This document shows, piece after piece, positions 27,340 to 39,160 of a DNA stretch of 64,000 nucleotides. This DNA comes from Octopus vulgaris. Its lineage: Eukaryota. Where the stretch lies: NCBI GenBank assembly GCA_951406725.2, contig OX597814.1, positions 187,488,001 to 187,552,000 of the forward strand, written 5' to 3'. Below the pieces are notes generated by a model. The model had not been told where the DNA came from. It saw nothing but the letters and a program-made list of their open reading frames with translations, and ran no database searches. Numbering within the stretch: position 1 is the first letter of the stretch; each line of letters begins with the position of its first letter. The position numbers and the translations under genes are program-made.

Positions 27340-27945
27340 ATATCAATCCATCTTCTTCACCTACTATTTATTCTTGGGAGGGCTGTTGGAGTAGAGTCCT
27401 CAAGCACTTCTTCAATAGGATCCTATCAGAAGTAACTATCATGGCAGTTTCCAGCTGGATTCTCAAGCATGAACAACTGAGACTATAGATATTATCCAAC
27501 CATCCCGTTCTTGATCTACCCTTAGATCTGCCAGTTCGCTTGGCTTGAAAATTCTGTCTTGCGCTTCTTTCTTATAACATTCTGATCACATGTTTCCAGT
27601 ACTAGTGCTGTAACCTCTCAATGCAGAGAAGTAGCAGCTCAATCTGGAGAGCCTTCCTAATTTCTGAGCTGTGCAGCCAGAGAAGCAATGTTACTCCAAA
27701 GATTCTTTAGAGTAACAGAACCCAATTATGGCTGCTTGTATACACAATACTACTCATTTTGTCATTACCCAACATTCATGACTATAGGGGAGGATAGACA
27801 CACAAACTGAATTGAAGACAGCATGTTTGGCTTTTTTATCAACCTCTCCTCTGCTGAGGATCAAATGCTGGCACTGGTACATTACTCTGCCAGTGCCTGC
27901 AATTTCTGCATCCAATTCAGCCTCCTTGCTTCCTTTAGATATTGA
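27340..27945 (-). mobile_element. Decayed RTE LINE 3' fragment
   Basis: Minus strand encodes GRSKGRSRTGWLDN; nucleotide motifs are similar to 12335-12895. Confidence 0.65.
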
Positions 27946-28094
27946 AGTATAAATTATTGAAGTTAATTTTCACTGCTAAATGTCTTTTCATTAACTAACG
28001 ATGCTTTTATAGAATGACAGTAACATCTACTTTCCATCCAAGCAAATGACTGCAAACCTCACAGATATTGTTTAAAAAAGCTGTATTTTATGCT

Positions 28095-28524
28095 TTAACT
28101 TTCACATTATTCTATCAAAAGTAATGCTTCTTTATCCACATTGTTTTGAATTAATCATGCATTATCTTGTAGCTTTGAGATTTTGATGAGGTAACTATCA
28201 ATTTTTAGAATGGCATTATAGGGTTGGTGTGAGAGGCCAGATCAGGCCACTTTGTACATAAAACAGGTAGATTATTTTGGCTGGATATGGCCGGTTTAAC
28301 CCTGTAACATTCACATAATTCTGTCAAAAGTAATGCTTACTTATTCACATTGTTTTAAATTAATCATACATTATCTTGTAGCTTTGAGATTTTGATGAGG
28401 CAACTGTTAAGTTTTTAGAATGACATTGAAGGGCAGAACTGAGAAACCAAATCTGGCCAATTTGAATGTAAAACAAGTAGAATATTTTGGCTGGATATGA
28501 CCAATTTAACAACTAAAGGGTTAA
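28095..28524. mobile_element. Head-to-tail dimer of a TTAA-type (piggyBac-like) MITE
   Basis: Two ~200-220 bp copies separated by TTAA at 28296-28299; outer TTAA at 28095-28098 and 28521-28524. Confidence 0.8.
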
Positions 28525-28580
28525 AACAATATTGTCTTCTTTTTACAACAACCTTTTAATACAAAATTTGTAATACTTAC

Positions 28581-28694
28581 AGTTAAACAACCCATCAGAC
28601 CATTTTCAAATGGTCTCTGGAAAGCTCTGGTGTCAGAGCACCATTCTAGTAGTTCTCGAGCAGCACTTTGAAAACCTGATGTAGAGGCCAGTTG
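28581..28694 (-). CDS. ZMIZ1: Internal coding exon (114 nt, phase 0-0) of a ZMIZ1/Zimp10 orthologue, N-terminal TPR-like domain
   Basis: Minus strand reads tttcttttctcAG|CAACTGGCC...TGTTTAACT|GTaagtat. Translation [38 protein letters not shown] aligns without gaps to human ZMIZ1 residues ~21-58 as recalled ([38 protein letters not shown]; 24/38 identical). Canonical splice sites; too short for the ORF track. Confidence 0.93.
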
Positions 28695-29097
28695 CTGAGA
28701 AAAGAAATAAAGAAATTTTAATTGAAACTCTAAAAACCAAAAGGAAAAAAACGTTTACACATTTAAAGCTGGAGATTAGCATATTAGTTTATCAATGACA
28801 GGACTCTTAATTACAACGTGTCAATGTGTCGTGAGTTTGTGTTTGTGTTATGTCTGACTAGCATTGAACAACAGCTTGTGGATATGGCATATACATAGCA
28901 AGACAAAGTCTACATTAAGAGTATAGAAAGGACTACCTTCAGAACCCTACACTGGCAAAACGTTTTCCAGAAATGGCAGGGAATAGAAATATATCAAGTG
29001 TTTGTTCTAGGTCAAAAATACATAGACATTCTTAGGTGGTATCCATGTTGATCTTCAAAACAGAAAGTGGACATATAACATGTATCCCTATTATATA

Positions 29098-29299
29098 CAG
29101 TAATTCTTCACCATATCACAGTTTATTATTTAAGCTTATGTCAAGTCCTCCCTCAGTAGTGTTGTTTTGCATTTATAATAAAATAAATTAGAAAAATAAT
29201 AATAAAAATATACAGTACAGTACTGTTTCTACTTTGCGGATTTTCCCCTATCGCAGAGGGCTTTGGAATGTAACACCCACGATAGTCGAGGGATTACTG
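29098..29299. mobile_element. Tc1/mariner (Tigger/pogo-like) MITE
   Basis: TA|cagtaattcttcaccatatc ... gatagtcgagggattactg|TA; imperfect TIRs with TA TSD. Confidence 0.7.
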
Positions 29300-29919
29300 T
29301 ATGTAGATTATCACTGAATAGCCATGGAAGAGGCAATGAAGACATTTCAAGATAAAAAATTGTTTTAAATATTATGCTAATAATTAGTATATATAAATTT
29401 CTTTCAAACATTTGAGAGGGAGAGGGAGGGAGGGAGACAGACAGAGAGACAGAGACAGACAAGAATGGGAGAAATAAGAACATACTTCTGACCACAGAAT
29501 ATGGGCTGACAACAAAATATACTTTTTATATTATCCATGAAGCTTTAAACAACATGGAAGAAAAGACAATGGCGTAATTCTGTTTCTAAACGACACCTTT
29601 AAAATACTTTCATAATACTTAAAAAGGCCCAACTATCATCTTCAAGATTATTTCAACACTAGGAACTCAAAACAAAAGTTGGCATTTGTAAGTCTGCTGC
29701 TTATAATAGATATACTACACTAAAATGAAAAGTGATGCAAAAACTCTTCAGTTGTATTATTTCTTCATGGTGTTATTGAAGATAATTCTGCAATGTAAAT
29801 GTGCTAATCCTTCCTCCATTAAAAGAATGAAATGGTAATATGTAAAATTACTAATTGTAAAATGACGTTTGTGAGTATTAAGCTACCTGCAAGCATTAAC
29901 ACAAAACATGAATTTTATG

Positions 29920-30584
29920 TACATTATTTGCAATGGACAGATAAGTGTCCTCATCTTGTTTGTTGTTATCACAACATTTCAGTTGATATACTCTCCAGCC
30001 TTCATCAGGTGGAATTTTGAACCCAACCCTTTATTTGACTAACGGGGTACTCTGTTCCCATTCCTAAAGTATTCCTTTTTTGCTGATGTTATTTTTTCTG
30101 TTGATATTATTTCCCAAGTCCCTGACTGGGACTGAACTCAGAATCCAAGGGTTAGTAGCCTGTGCTCTTATCCACTATGCTATATGCCCATAGGCAATTA
30201 TAGAGTGAATTATAGAATGTATTAAGAAAAGATAAAATATTAGGTTTATAAGCCCAAAATTTCACTCTATAATTACAGGCATACAGCATAGTAGATAAGA
30301 GCACAGGCTACTAACCCTTGGATTCCAAGTTCAATCTCAGGCTTGAGAAATGATATCAACAGAAAAAATAACATCAGCAAAAAAAAAAAAAAAACCCTTA
30401 GGAATGAGAACAGAGTACCCCCATTAGTCAACTAAAGGGTTAGGTTTGAAATTCCACCAGTACACCTGATGAAGGCTGGAGAGTAAGTACTTCAGCTGAA
30501 ATGTGTAGTAACAACAGGGTGAGGACACCTATCTGTCCATTGTAAATAATGTACATAGTTCCTATCTCAAAAATATAGAGTAGT
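29920..30584. mobile_element. Foldback element: two inverted copies of a tRNA-headed, hammerhead-tailed unit, flanked by a 12-bp TSD
   Basis: Arms ~29916-30211 and ~30259-30557 are reverse complements; atgaattttatg is duplicated at 29908-29919 and 30585-30596. Confidence 0.85.
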
Positions 30585-30891
30585 ATGAATTTTATGGATT
30601 TCTAGATTAATAAAATAATTAATATAACAGTAAATGAAAAGAGTTTATCTTAACTAATTATTATCATTACAAGGGGGGGGGGTAGACTGGCAGAATATAG
30701 GTAGAACCAGTAGAACAATGAGAGCAATATGCTTTGCATATATTATTATTATTATTATTATATGTATGTGTTATTTTACTGGCATTATATAAATAAGTTT
30801 CATGAAACAAGCTCCACCCCATTTTTTTTTCTATAGACAGTTAGCCTTCTCATTGTAAGCAATTTTTCTTGAGAATGAGAGAAATAAAGAT

Positions 30892-30922
<31 letters not shown>

Positions 30923-32114
30923 GGCAGGCAGAGACAAAAATGGACAGACAGACAGGCAGGGACAAAAATGGACAGGCAGACAAACAGAGACAGAGAGAGA
31001 CAAAGAATAGCTTTAGAAAGATTTATTTATTTGCCAAAAGACTTTGTAGGTGACCTTTTTTTTTTTTTTTTTCACACTATGTACCCTACTTACCTTTAAC
31101 ATTATTATGTTAAACCACCAGATCTGATTTACTACTGTACTCCAGCCCACCTAACATGAGACTTTCTTCTTAAAGATCAGTGTGTGTGTGTATGCGTGTG
31201 CAGGCTTTGCTCATAGGAACTCCACTTTGAGGCAAAAAAGAAAGAAAATAAAAAAACCTGCTCTAACTAGATAATCTGGAATAACAAGATATCTTCTACA
31301 AGACTAGGTTAGAACACAATTGAAATGAGTCCTTCCCCACCTCTTTTTTTTTTTTTTATCACAACACTAAAGATACCAAGAAGTCTAGGTCAACCATTCC
31401 CAAAATGTGTACCTCACACAACTTCCTAGACACTGAGTTTGGTTCACAGTGTGTCCTACCCTTCCAGTTAAAAGCTTTATCCAGAATGACAGTGGAGAAG
31501 AATATGGACAACAAAATTCGAAAAAATTGAACATTCATTTTACAATAATAATAATAATATAATTGCAAATATTTAGATTAATCAATTTAACAAAATCAAC
31601 CAACTTATTAATCCATACATGCTTTTTAAAATTTTTTTAGTGAGCAGGGTTGACCGTTATTTAACGCTATCAGTCTTACACATATCATTTAACATCTATT
31701 TTGCTGTTCAGTCAATCTACAATGTCATCATGGAGTAAAGAGAACGAAGATATTCAGTACCAAAGTTCATCAACTGAAAATCTTCAGTAACTTAGCCTAT
31801 TTGCCTTTCCTAAGAAACAACTCTGGATTCTTTTTCCTATACTGACTCTAATAATTCTTTCTAATATAAGCACAAGGCCAGAAAATTTAGATGGAGATAG
31901 TCAACTGCATCGACCCCCAGTGCCCAACTAATACTTATTTTATGGACTCCAAAAGGATAAAAGACAAAGTCAACCTCAGCAGAATTTGACCTTAGAATAG
32001 AATGTAAAGCTAGAAGAAATGCTAACAAATCTGCTAACTCACTGCTGGCTAACCCTAATAATAATAAAACCAATCATTTCTAACACTAGTACAAGACCAA
32101 ATATTAGACAGACT

Positions 32115-32694
<580 letters not shown>

Positions 32695-33447
32695 ATTGAT
32701 TACATCAACCTCTTTGGCTTCAATGGTACATATTTTATAAACTCCAGCAAGAGTAAAGGCAAATATCAACCACAATATGAACTGAATTCATAAACTACTG
32801 GATTTAACTGAAGATATTTTGCTCCACCATATCTGTTATCTACCAATCTAGGTACTAGTTTTGGCCAAGACCAGCAATTCTGAGGGAAAGGGGAAAGTTG
32901 ATTACATCGGCCCAGTACTTGACTGGTACTTTTTACTAGACAGGATAAAAGGTAAAGTTGGCCATTGTAGAATAAGAACTCAGAATGCAAAAGCCAAAGC
33001 AAACGCAGCTAAGCATTTCGTCCAATCTGCTAATGATTCGGCCAGCTTGCCACATTCATAAAAAACTAGCAGATATGGTCTTAACACCATAGATCTAAAG
33101 CAAAGAAATGAAGGTACTTATTTCAGGTTTATCAACTAACATTTTAACTGCTATTTACTTAGCATAGTATATTAAATCAATGGAAACACTAAATATTAAT
33201 ATTTCCAGAAAACTTTGTATAAAATTTTAAGCAATATGCAAAATGACTTTTCAAAACTACTTCAGATATTTGCAATAATTTTATTTAGAAGCTTTTCATC
33301 ATTTAATTAGTGGCATAAATTTAAATGATTAATTAGATTTCCTTCCTGTTTTATTTATACATATATATATGTGTGTGTGTATGGGCGTGCACATTCATAT
33401 ATCTAAGCATGGAAAGCAAATGTAAACTGATGATAATGATGTGTATG

Positions 33448-33483
<36 letters not shown>

Positions 33484-33627
33484 CACACACACATATGTGT
33501 GTATGCATGCATGCATACGCAAGTACTGAACAAAAAATTATTGAGTAGCTCTTCCTTCTAATGTTAAATTGTTTTTATTATAGTTGACATAAAAACAAAT
33601 ATTTAATATTGAAAAATATATAAGACA

Positions 33628-33840
33628 GTGAGATGGCAGAATTATTAGCACACCAGACAAAATACTTAGTGGCATTTCGATTGTCTTTACATTCCAAGTT
33701 CAAATGCCACTGAAGTCAACTTTAACTTTCATCTTTACAGGGTTGATGGGGAAAAGTACCAGCTGAATACTGGGATCGACGTAATCAACTAATCCTCCCC
33801 TGTGAAATTGCTGGTTTTGTGCCAGAATTTGAAATCAATA
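33628..33840 (+). mobile_element. SINE family B
   Basis: gtgagatggcagaattattagcacaccagacaaaatacttag...gttcaaatgccac...ttgtgccagaatttgaaatcaata. Confidence 0.8.
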
Positions 33841-34241
33841 CTGACATAGTGTGTGTGCACGTGTGTGCGTATGTTTGTGTGTGCATCTTGATATCTGTTA
33901 GAGATGATTTGAATATCTGCGCACGGAAAGTTTCTCACTAAAGTGCAGGTTTGAGTAAGATTTTTCTATTGAAGGCCGGTAACCTACTTACTCATCCATG
34001 TAAGTCTCTCCTCTTTGCACCAAAGGAAAGGCAAGACTGATGCAGCTTGGTTCTAGTGTTGTCATAAAGCAAAGAACCAGCATACATAATTTGAAGAATC
34101 ACATTCAACACTCTAAAAGTTTTGCCAATCTGTCAGAACGAATACAAAGCATTATGTTCTAACAATTCCTCAACTTGTGTGTGTGTATAATACTAAATAT
34201 GATGTACTCTTTAGAGTACATGTCATATGTGTTTTATTACT

Positions 34242-34472
34242 TATTTCTTTATAGCCCACAAGGGGCTAAACATAGAGGGGACAAACAAGAACAGACAAAA
34301 GGATTAAGTTGATTACATTGACCCCAGTGCATAACTGGTACTTAATTTATTGACCCTGAAAGAATAAAAGGCAAAGTTGACCTCGATGGAATTTGAACTC
34401 AGAATGTAACGGTAGACGACATACCACTAAGCATTTCGCCCGGTGTGCTAATGTTTCTGCCAGCTCGCCACC
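34242..34472 (-). mobile_element. SINE family B (young subfamily) with TSD
   Basis: Full consensus, flanked by tgtgtttt(t)attact on both sides. Confidence 0.9.
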
Positions 34473-34734
34473 TGTGTTTTATTACTGCATGTGTGCATGT
34501 GCACATACTGCATATTACTAGTTAGCATGTTTGTAGAAGGCCAAATTTATTGTAGATGCACGGTTTCAAATTCCAGGGATATTTATATGTATTTTGACTA
34601 TGTTCTGAACTGTTTGATGGTCAATCAGATGCATGCATGTGTGTGTGTGTGTATTTTGTTATAATAAGTATATGTGTTGCTTAAATGCTAGACATGGATC
34701 TATATGCATGTGTGGATGTGATGTAATGATAGGT

Positions 34735-35340
34735 ATTTCAAAGGAAGAGAGTTTAGAGGTCGAGTCCATGGGAGTAGGTTGAGCATTCAGAGGGAAAAGT
34801 TGGGTTTTTGTCAGTGTTAGAGCTGAAAGTCAAGGGAACTGCAGTGCAAGGCTAAGCCCAAACATGTAGAGATGCTGGGTGGAGTGATTCATGGAGCAAA
34901 CGTGGCATGAAACAGAGGAGTTTTTGCTAAGATAGATGTTACCAAGGTGTTTAGTAAAGCAATGAGACAGGTATCATCCAATCTGCCTGATATACTTAGG
35001 GAGTTACAGGGGGAGCATTTTAAGTAGTAGATGATATTGGTAGAGATGCAGGGGAAAGGATCAGATGCATAGAAGGAATGATGGCTAAGGCTGGTGAGGA
35101 TGGCAGTGTTAAAGTAGAATGGATAGGCATGGATAGACATGGCAGCAGCAAGAGTGAGGAAGGGATCCAGGTTAGGAATAGTGAAGTAGAGAAGGAACTA
35201 TGAACAAGTAGTAGGTCCACATAGGATAAGGGCATAGTTAAAGGAATGAAGAGATGAGAAGCATAAGATGTGGGAAATGGTGGAGTCAGATGGGAGGCTT
35301 TGGAATGCAGAGGGTATAAAGTATGAGAAGCGTCATTTTT
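34735..35340 (-). mobile_element. Penelope-like element remnant, GIY-YIG endonuclease region
   Basis: FPCISTNIIYYLKCSPCNSL followed by frameshifted ...HCFTKHLGNI..KNSSVSCH..SMNHSTQHLYMFGL, matching the PLE pattern C.S.NVIY.I.C..C..YIGQT...RF.EH...V..H...H. Confidence 0.8.
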
Positions 35341-35562
35341 TCAGAAGTAGGAACTGAAGAACCCTACCCCTAACACACACACACACACACACACATATCT
35401 TTCAAGAGAAACACTGCATTACTGTGTCTCTTTACTTTAGACCCTTGGGAGGGTGTAAGCATGGCCTAGCTTAATGATGCATGTACTAATGCAAACAGGT
35501 ATTTGCCCAATATCTTAGAGACACTAACTAATATGTTAGTGTTTGCTTATTGAATTTAATAT

Positions 35563-35973
35563 TCTTTTACTCTTTTACTTGTTTCAGTCATTTGACTGCA
35601 GCCATGCTGGAGCACTGCCTTTAATCGAGCAAGTCGACCCTGGTATTTATTCTTTTGTAAGCCCAGTACTTATTCTATCGGTCTCTTTTGCTGAACTGCT
35701 AAGTAACGGGGACATAAACACACTAGCATCGGTTGTCAAGCAATGCTAGGGGGACAAACACAGACACACAAACACACACACATACATATATATATATATA
35801 CACATATATACGACGGGCTTCTTTCAGTTTCCGTCTACCAAATCCACTCACAAGGCTATGGTCGGCCTGAGGCTATAGTAGAAGACACTTGCCCAAGGTG
35901 CCACGCAGTGGGACTGAACCCGGAACCATGTGGTTGGTAAACAAGCTACTTACCACACAGCCACTCCTGCGCC
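35563..35973 (-). mobile_element. SINE family A, full length, young
   Basis: Complete head (revcomp ggcgcaggagtggctgtgtggtaagtagc), core ccttgggcaagtgtc and tail; flanked by taatat. Confidence 0.92.
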
Positions 35974-37539
35974 TAATATGTATAATGATTATTTTTCCGT
36001 GTGTGTGTGTGTGCGTGCGTGCGTGTTATTTAGATCACTGCTGATGACTTTTATATTTCAAAACTCTGGATAAGGGCTGTATATTTCTACTCACTTTCGG
36101 CATTTTTAGAGTTATTAAAAAACACCACAAAATACTATCTGTTATCCAAAGTGATTTTATTTCAGTGTGTGCATGCGCGCGTGTGAGTGCATGCATGCGT
36201 GCACACGCAGACACACACATCAACCAAATGTATTGTTCATCCAATTACATGTTCTTCAGTATCATAAAAGCAATGATTATACCACAACAGTATGCTGTGA
36301 GAATGAAACGCACAAGGGAGATATAGTCTATTGAAAACTATCTTGGATTGCTGGAGGTTCTAATTTAGAGAGCACGTGCGCACACATATCTGTGTGTGCA
36401 TGCGCATGCACATGTGTGTTTATATATATATATATATATATATATGAGTCATTTATTTCTGATAATGGACATACAAAGTAAAATGTAGAAGCCTCGCAAA
36501 AATATAGCTTCTGTACATATGGATATAGTAGAGGTGACATTTTGCTTAGAGGACATTTATAGTATACAGAGACAGTGAATGTAAGAGAATAATGGAGGTG
36601 CTAAGAACAATGAAATTCCACGAAACAGGAAGAACTTCCAGAAAAATCTGTAACTCAGTGATTAGCAATCCACCACCCACATCATTTTTATCAATACACT
36701 TCACTTGTAATGTATCAATATGAAATTATGAACAATTGTAGTATTTGTGGATGCTGCCAGATAGTAAGTAGGGCAATTTTACCAAAAGTAAAAAAGCAAA
36801 ATAACTGACTGGTTAGTGTGAAAGGAGCAGGTAAATATTTTCTAAATGAATTTCCCATTACCAATATTATCTTAACTATTATTATAAAATATTTAGCTAT
36901 TTACCAGTGTTATGTGTACAAGATAATAAGCAGCTTATAATATACTGATTCCATATAGCAATGATAATCATATTTCTTTATAATAGTTTCTTACCCCAGA
37001 ACCAATGATACGATAAATATGAACAGAAAGAGTTCCATGTGATAAAGTCTAATACATTAATAAACTTATTTAGAATGCCATTTATAGAGCTTAATATAAA
37101 TAGATTTAGTAATAGTTTTAGATATCAGAACAGTCAGTGAAAGAACTAAATTTATGCCTTAGAGTGACAAAATAAAAAAAAAATTTTAATTTTAATTTTT
37201 TTTTTTTAAATCGAAAACTTCTAACAAAGTTAGTTTTGAAAAACAGTAAAAAATAAACCTATCAGGACAAGAGAGCAAGTCAAAAGAAAGAAAATCACTA
37301 GCAGCTACTAGTAAACTTGGAAAGACAAAATTACAAAGTATATTAGAAATTTAAGAGAATAGATTTATGTAGTATGGGCCTGTCACAAAATTGGAAGGTA
37401 AAAGCTGAAAAAAAAATGGGTGCACTAACTTCATAGATTTTCAAACTAAAGAGTGTTAAGTGTGAAAAAGATGAAATTAAAATTAGTACAAACTATAAAA
37501 TACAGTTTACAACTCCATGTTAATATGTAACTAACTATG

Positions 37540-37748
37540 GGGGCAGTGAGCTGGCAGAATCACTAGCACACCAGACAAAATGCTGAGTGTCTTGACATAA
37601 CTGAGTTCAAATTCCGCTGAGGTCGATTTTGCTTTTCATCCTTTCTGAGTTGATAAAATAAAGTATCAGTAGAGCATTGGGGTCGATGTAATCAAGTAAC
37701 ACCCCCACTGAACTTGCTGGCCTTGTGCCAAAATTTGAAACCAATATG
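37540..37748 (+). mobile_element. SINE family B (another copy at ~38080-38265)
   Basis: ggcagtgagctggcagaat...gagttcaaattccgctgaggtcgattttgcttttcatcct...gccttgtgccaaaatttgaaaccaata. Confidence 0.85.
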
Positions 37749-39081
37749 TAACATCGTCACCAGGTGTCTTGCAAAATCTGTTTCAATCATCTAATTTAAG
37801 TTTCAGTATGCTTTCAAACGCATGCACTCATGTGTGTGTGAGTGTAATTAAGTTGAATGTGATTCACAAGCCATTTAAATAGTTGAATATTTTTGTATTT
37901 AAACTTTTTAATGGCTCCCTGTATGCAGTGCTTTTAGAGTGGCATAATAATGATGACCATAATCCTTGTGATGCATCCATGACAACACATGTACAATGCA
38001 CACGACTTGGATATAACTAGAGTACTACATGAAACCACCCCTAGATAAAGTTCTCACAAACATTGTGGTATACCTCTGGGCAAAATGCTTAGTAGCATTT
38101 CGCCTGTCTTTACGTTCTGATTTCAAGTTCTACCAAGAATGACTTAGCCTTTCGTCCTTTGAAGGGTTGATAAGATAAAGTAACAGTTGAGTACAGGGGT
38201 TAATGCAATCACATTACCCGCTCCATCGAAATCGCTGGCCTTGTGCCAAAATTTGAAATCAATATTTAGATTCTTCTAATTTTCAGATTTTTACTTAAGT
38301 GTAAGTTAAATGTAGGACATTATATTCATGTTCTTCATTTTTCCTTTTTTTATCTTTAAATTAAAATAGAGTATATAAGTCAAGTATGAAGCATCACACA
38401 GTTTTCCCTTTCTTATCTAAGCAAAATTCTTCCTAGTTCTAATACCTTATGACTTTCATTTTTTTATGCGGATTTGAAATGCCTATAGCTTACTGGGGAT
38501 ATCATTGCAGTTTCAGGAAAAAGAGTGAAATGACATTTAAAAACGAAACTTTGCTTATTAGGACCTACTATGTAACGGGGGAAATGCCAACTCCACTTAT
38601 AAAATATGGAAAAACATAAACTGAAAGTATTTTAAGTCAGAGGGAAAACATTGCATTTGAGTATGTCTGAAAACAAAAAAACACCCAGCAAAATTACTAT
38701 TATGTGTTAATCTTAATATGCCCTAAGTTGATGAACTAGTTTGTCACTTTGTAATTAATCTCATTAGTGTCCATGTTAAGAAGAGACTGGATAATTTACT
38801 AATTTTATATTTCAAATAATTACAAATAATTTTGAGTAAATAAGTTCTTGTGGTTTGTTTAACTACAGGTCAACCTGAATTGAGTAAATCTTGGCCAATC
38901 CATCTTTTTTAGGGGTATCTAGCACTACATCATTCAATGTGTTTTTTTCTTGTTTAAAATGGCAAGGTACAATTTGAGGAAGATTTGGCAGCCAGGTTGA
39001 TCTTCTTTGATGGCCAGTGTAATTTTGCATATGGTATGTGGTCAACATATTATCCTGAGAACATGAACCAGTGGTCTAATA

Positions 39082-39084
<3 letters not shown>

Positions 39085-39141
<57 letters not shown>

Positions 39142-39160
39142 TGCGCGCGAGTGTGCGTGC
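39085..39160. repeat. (GT)n grading into (GC)-rich alternating purine-pyrimidine repeat
   Basis: Seen directly. Confidence 0.9.
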
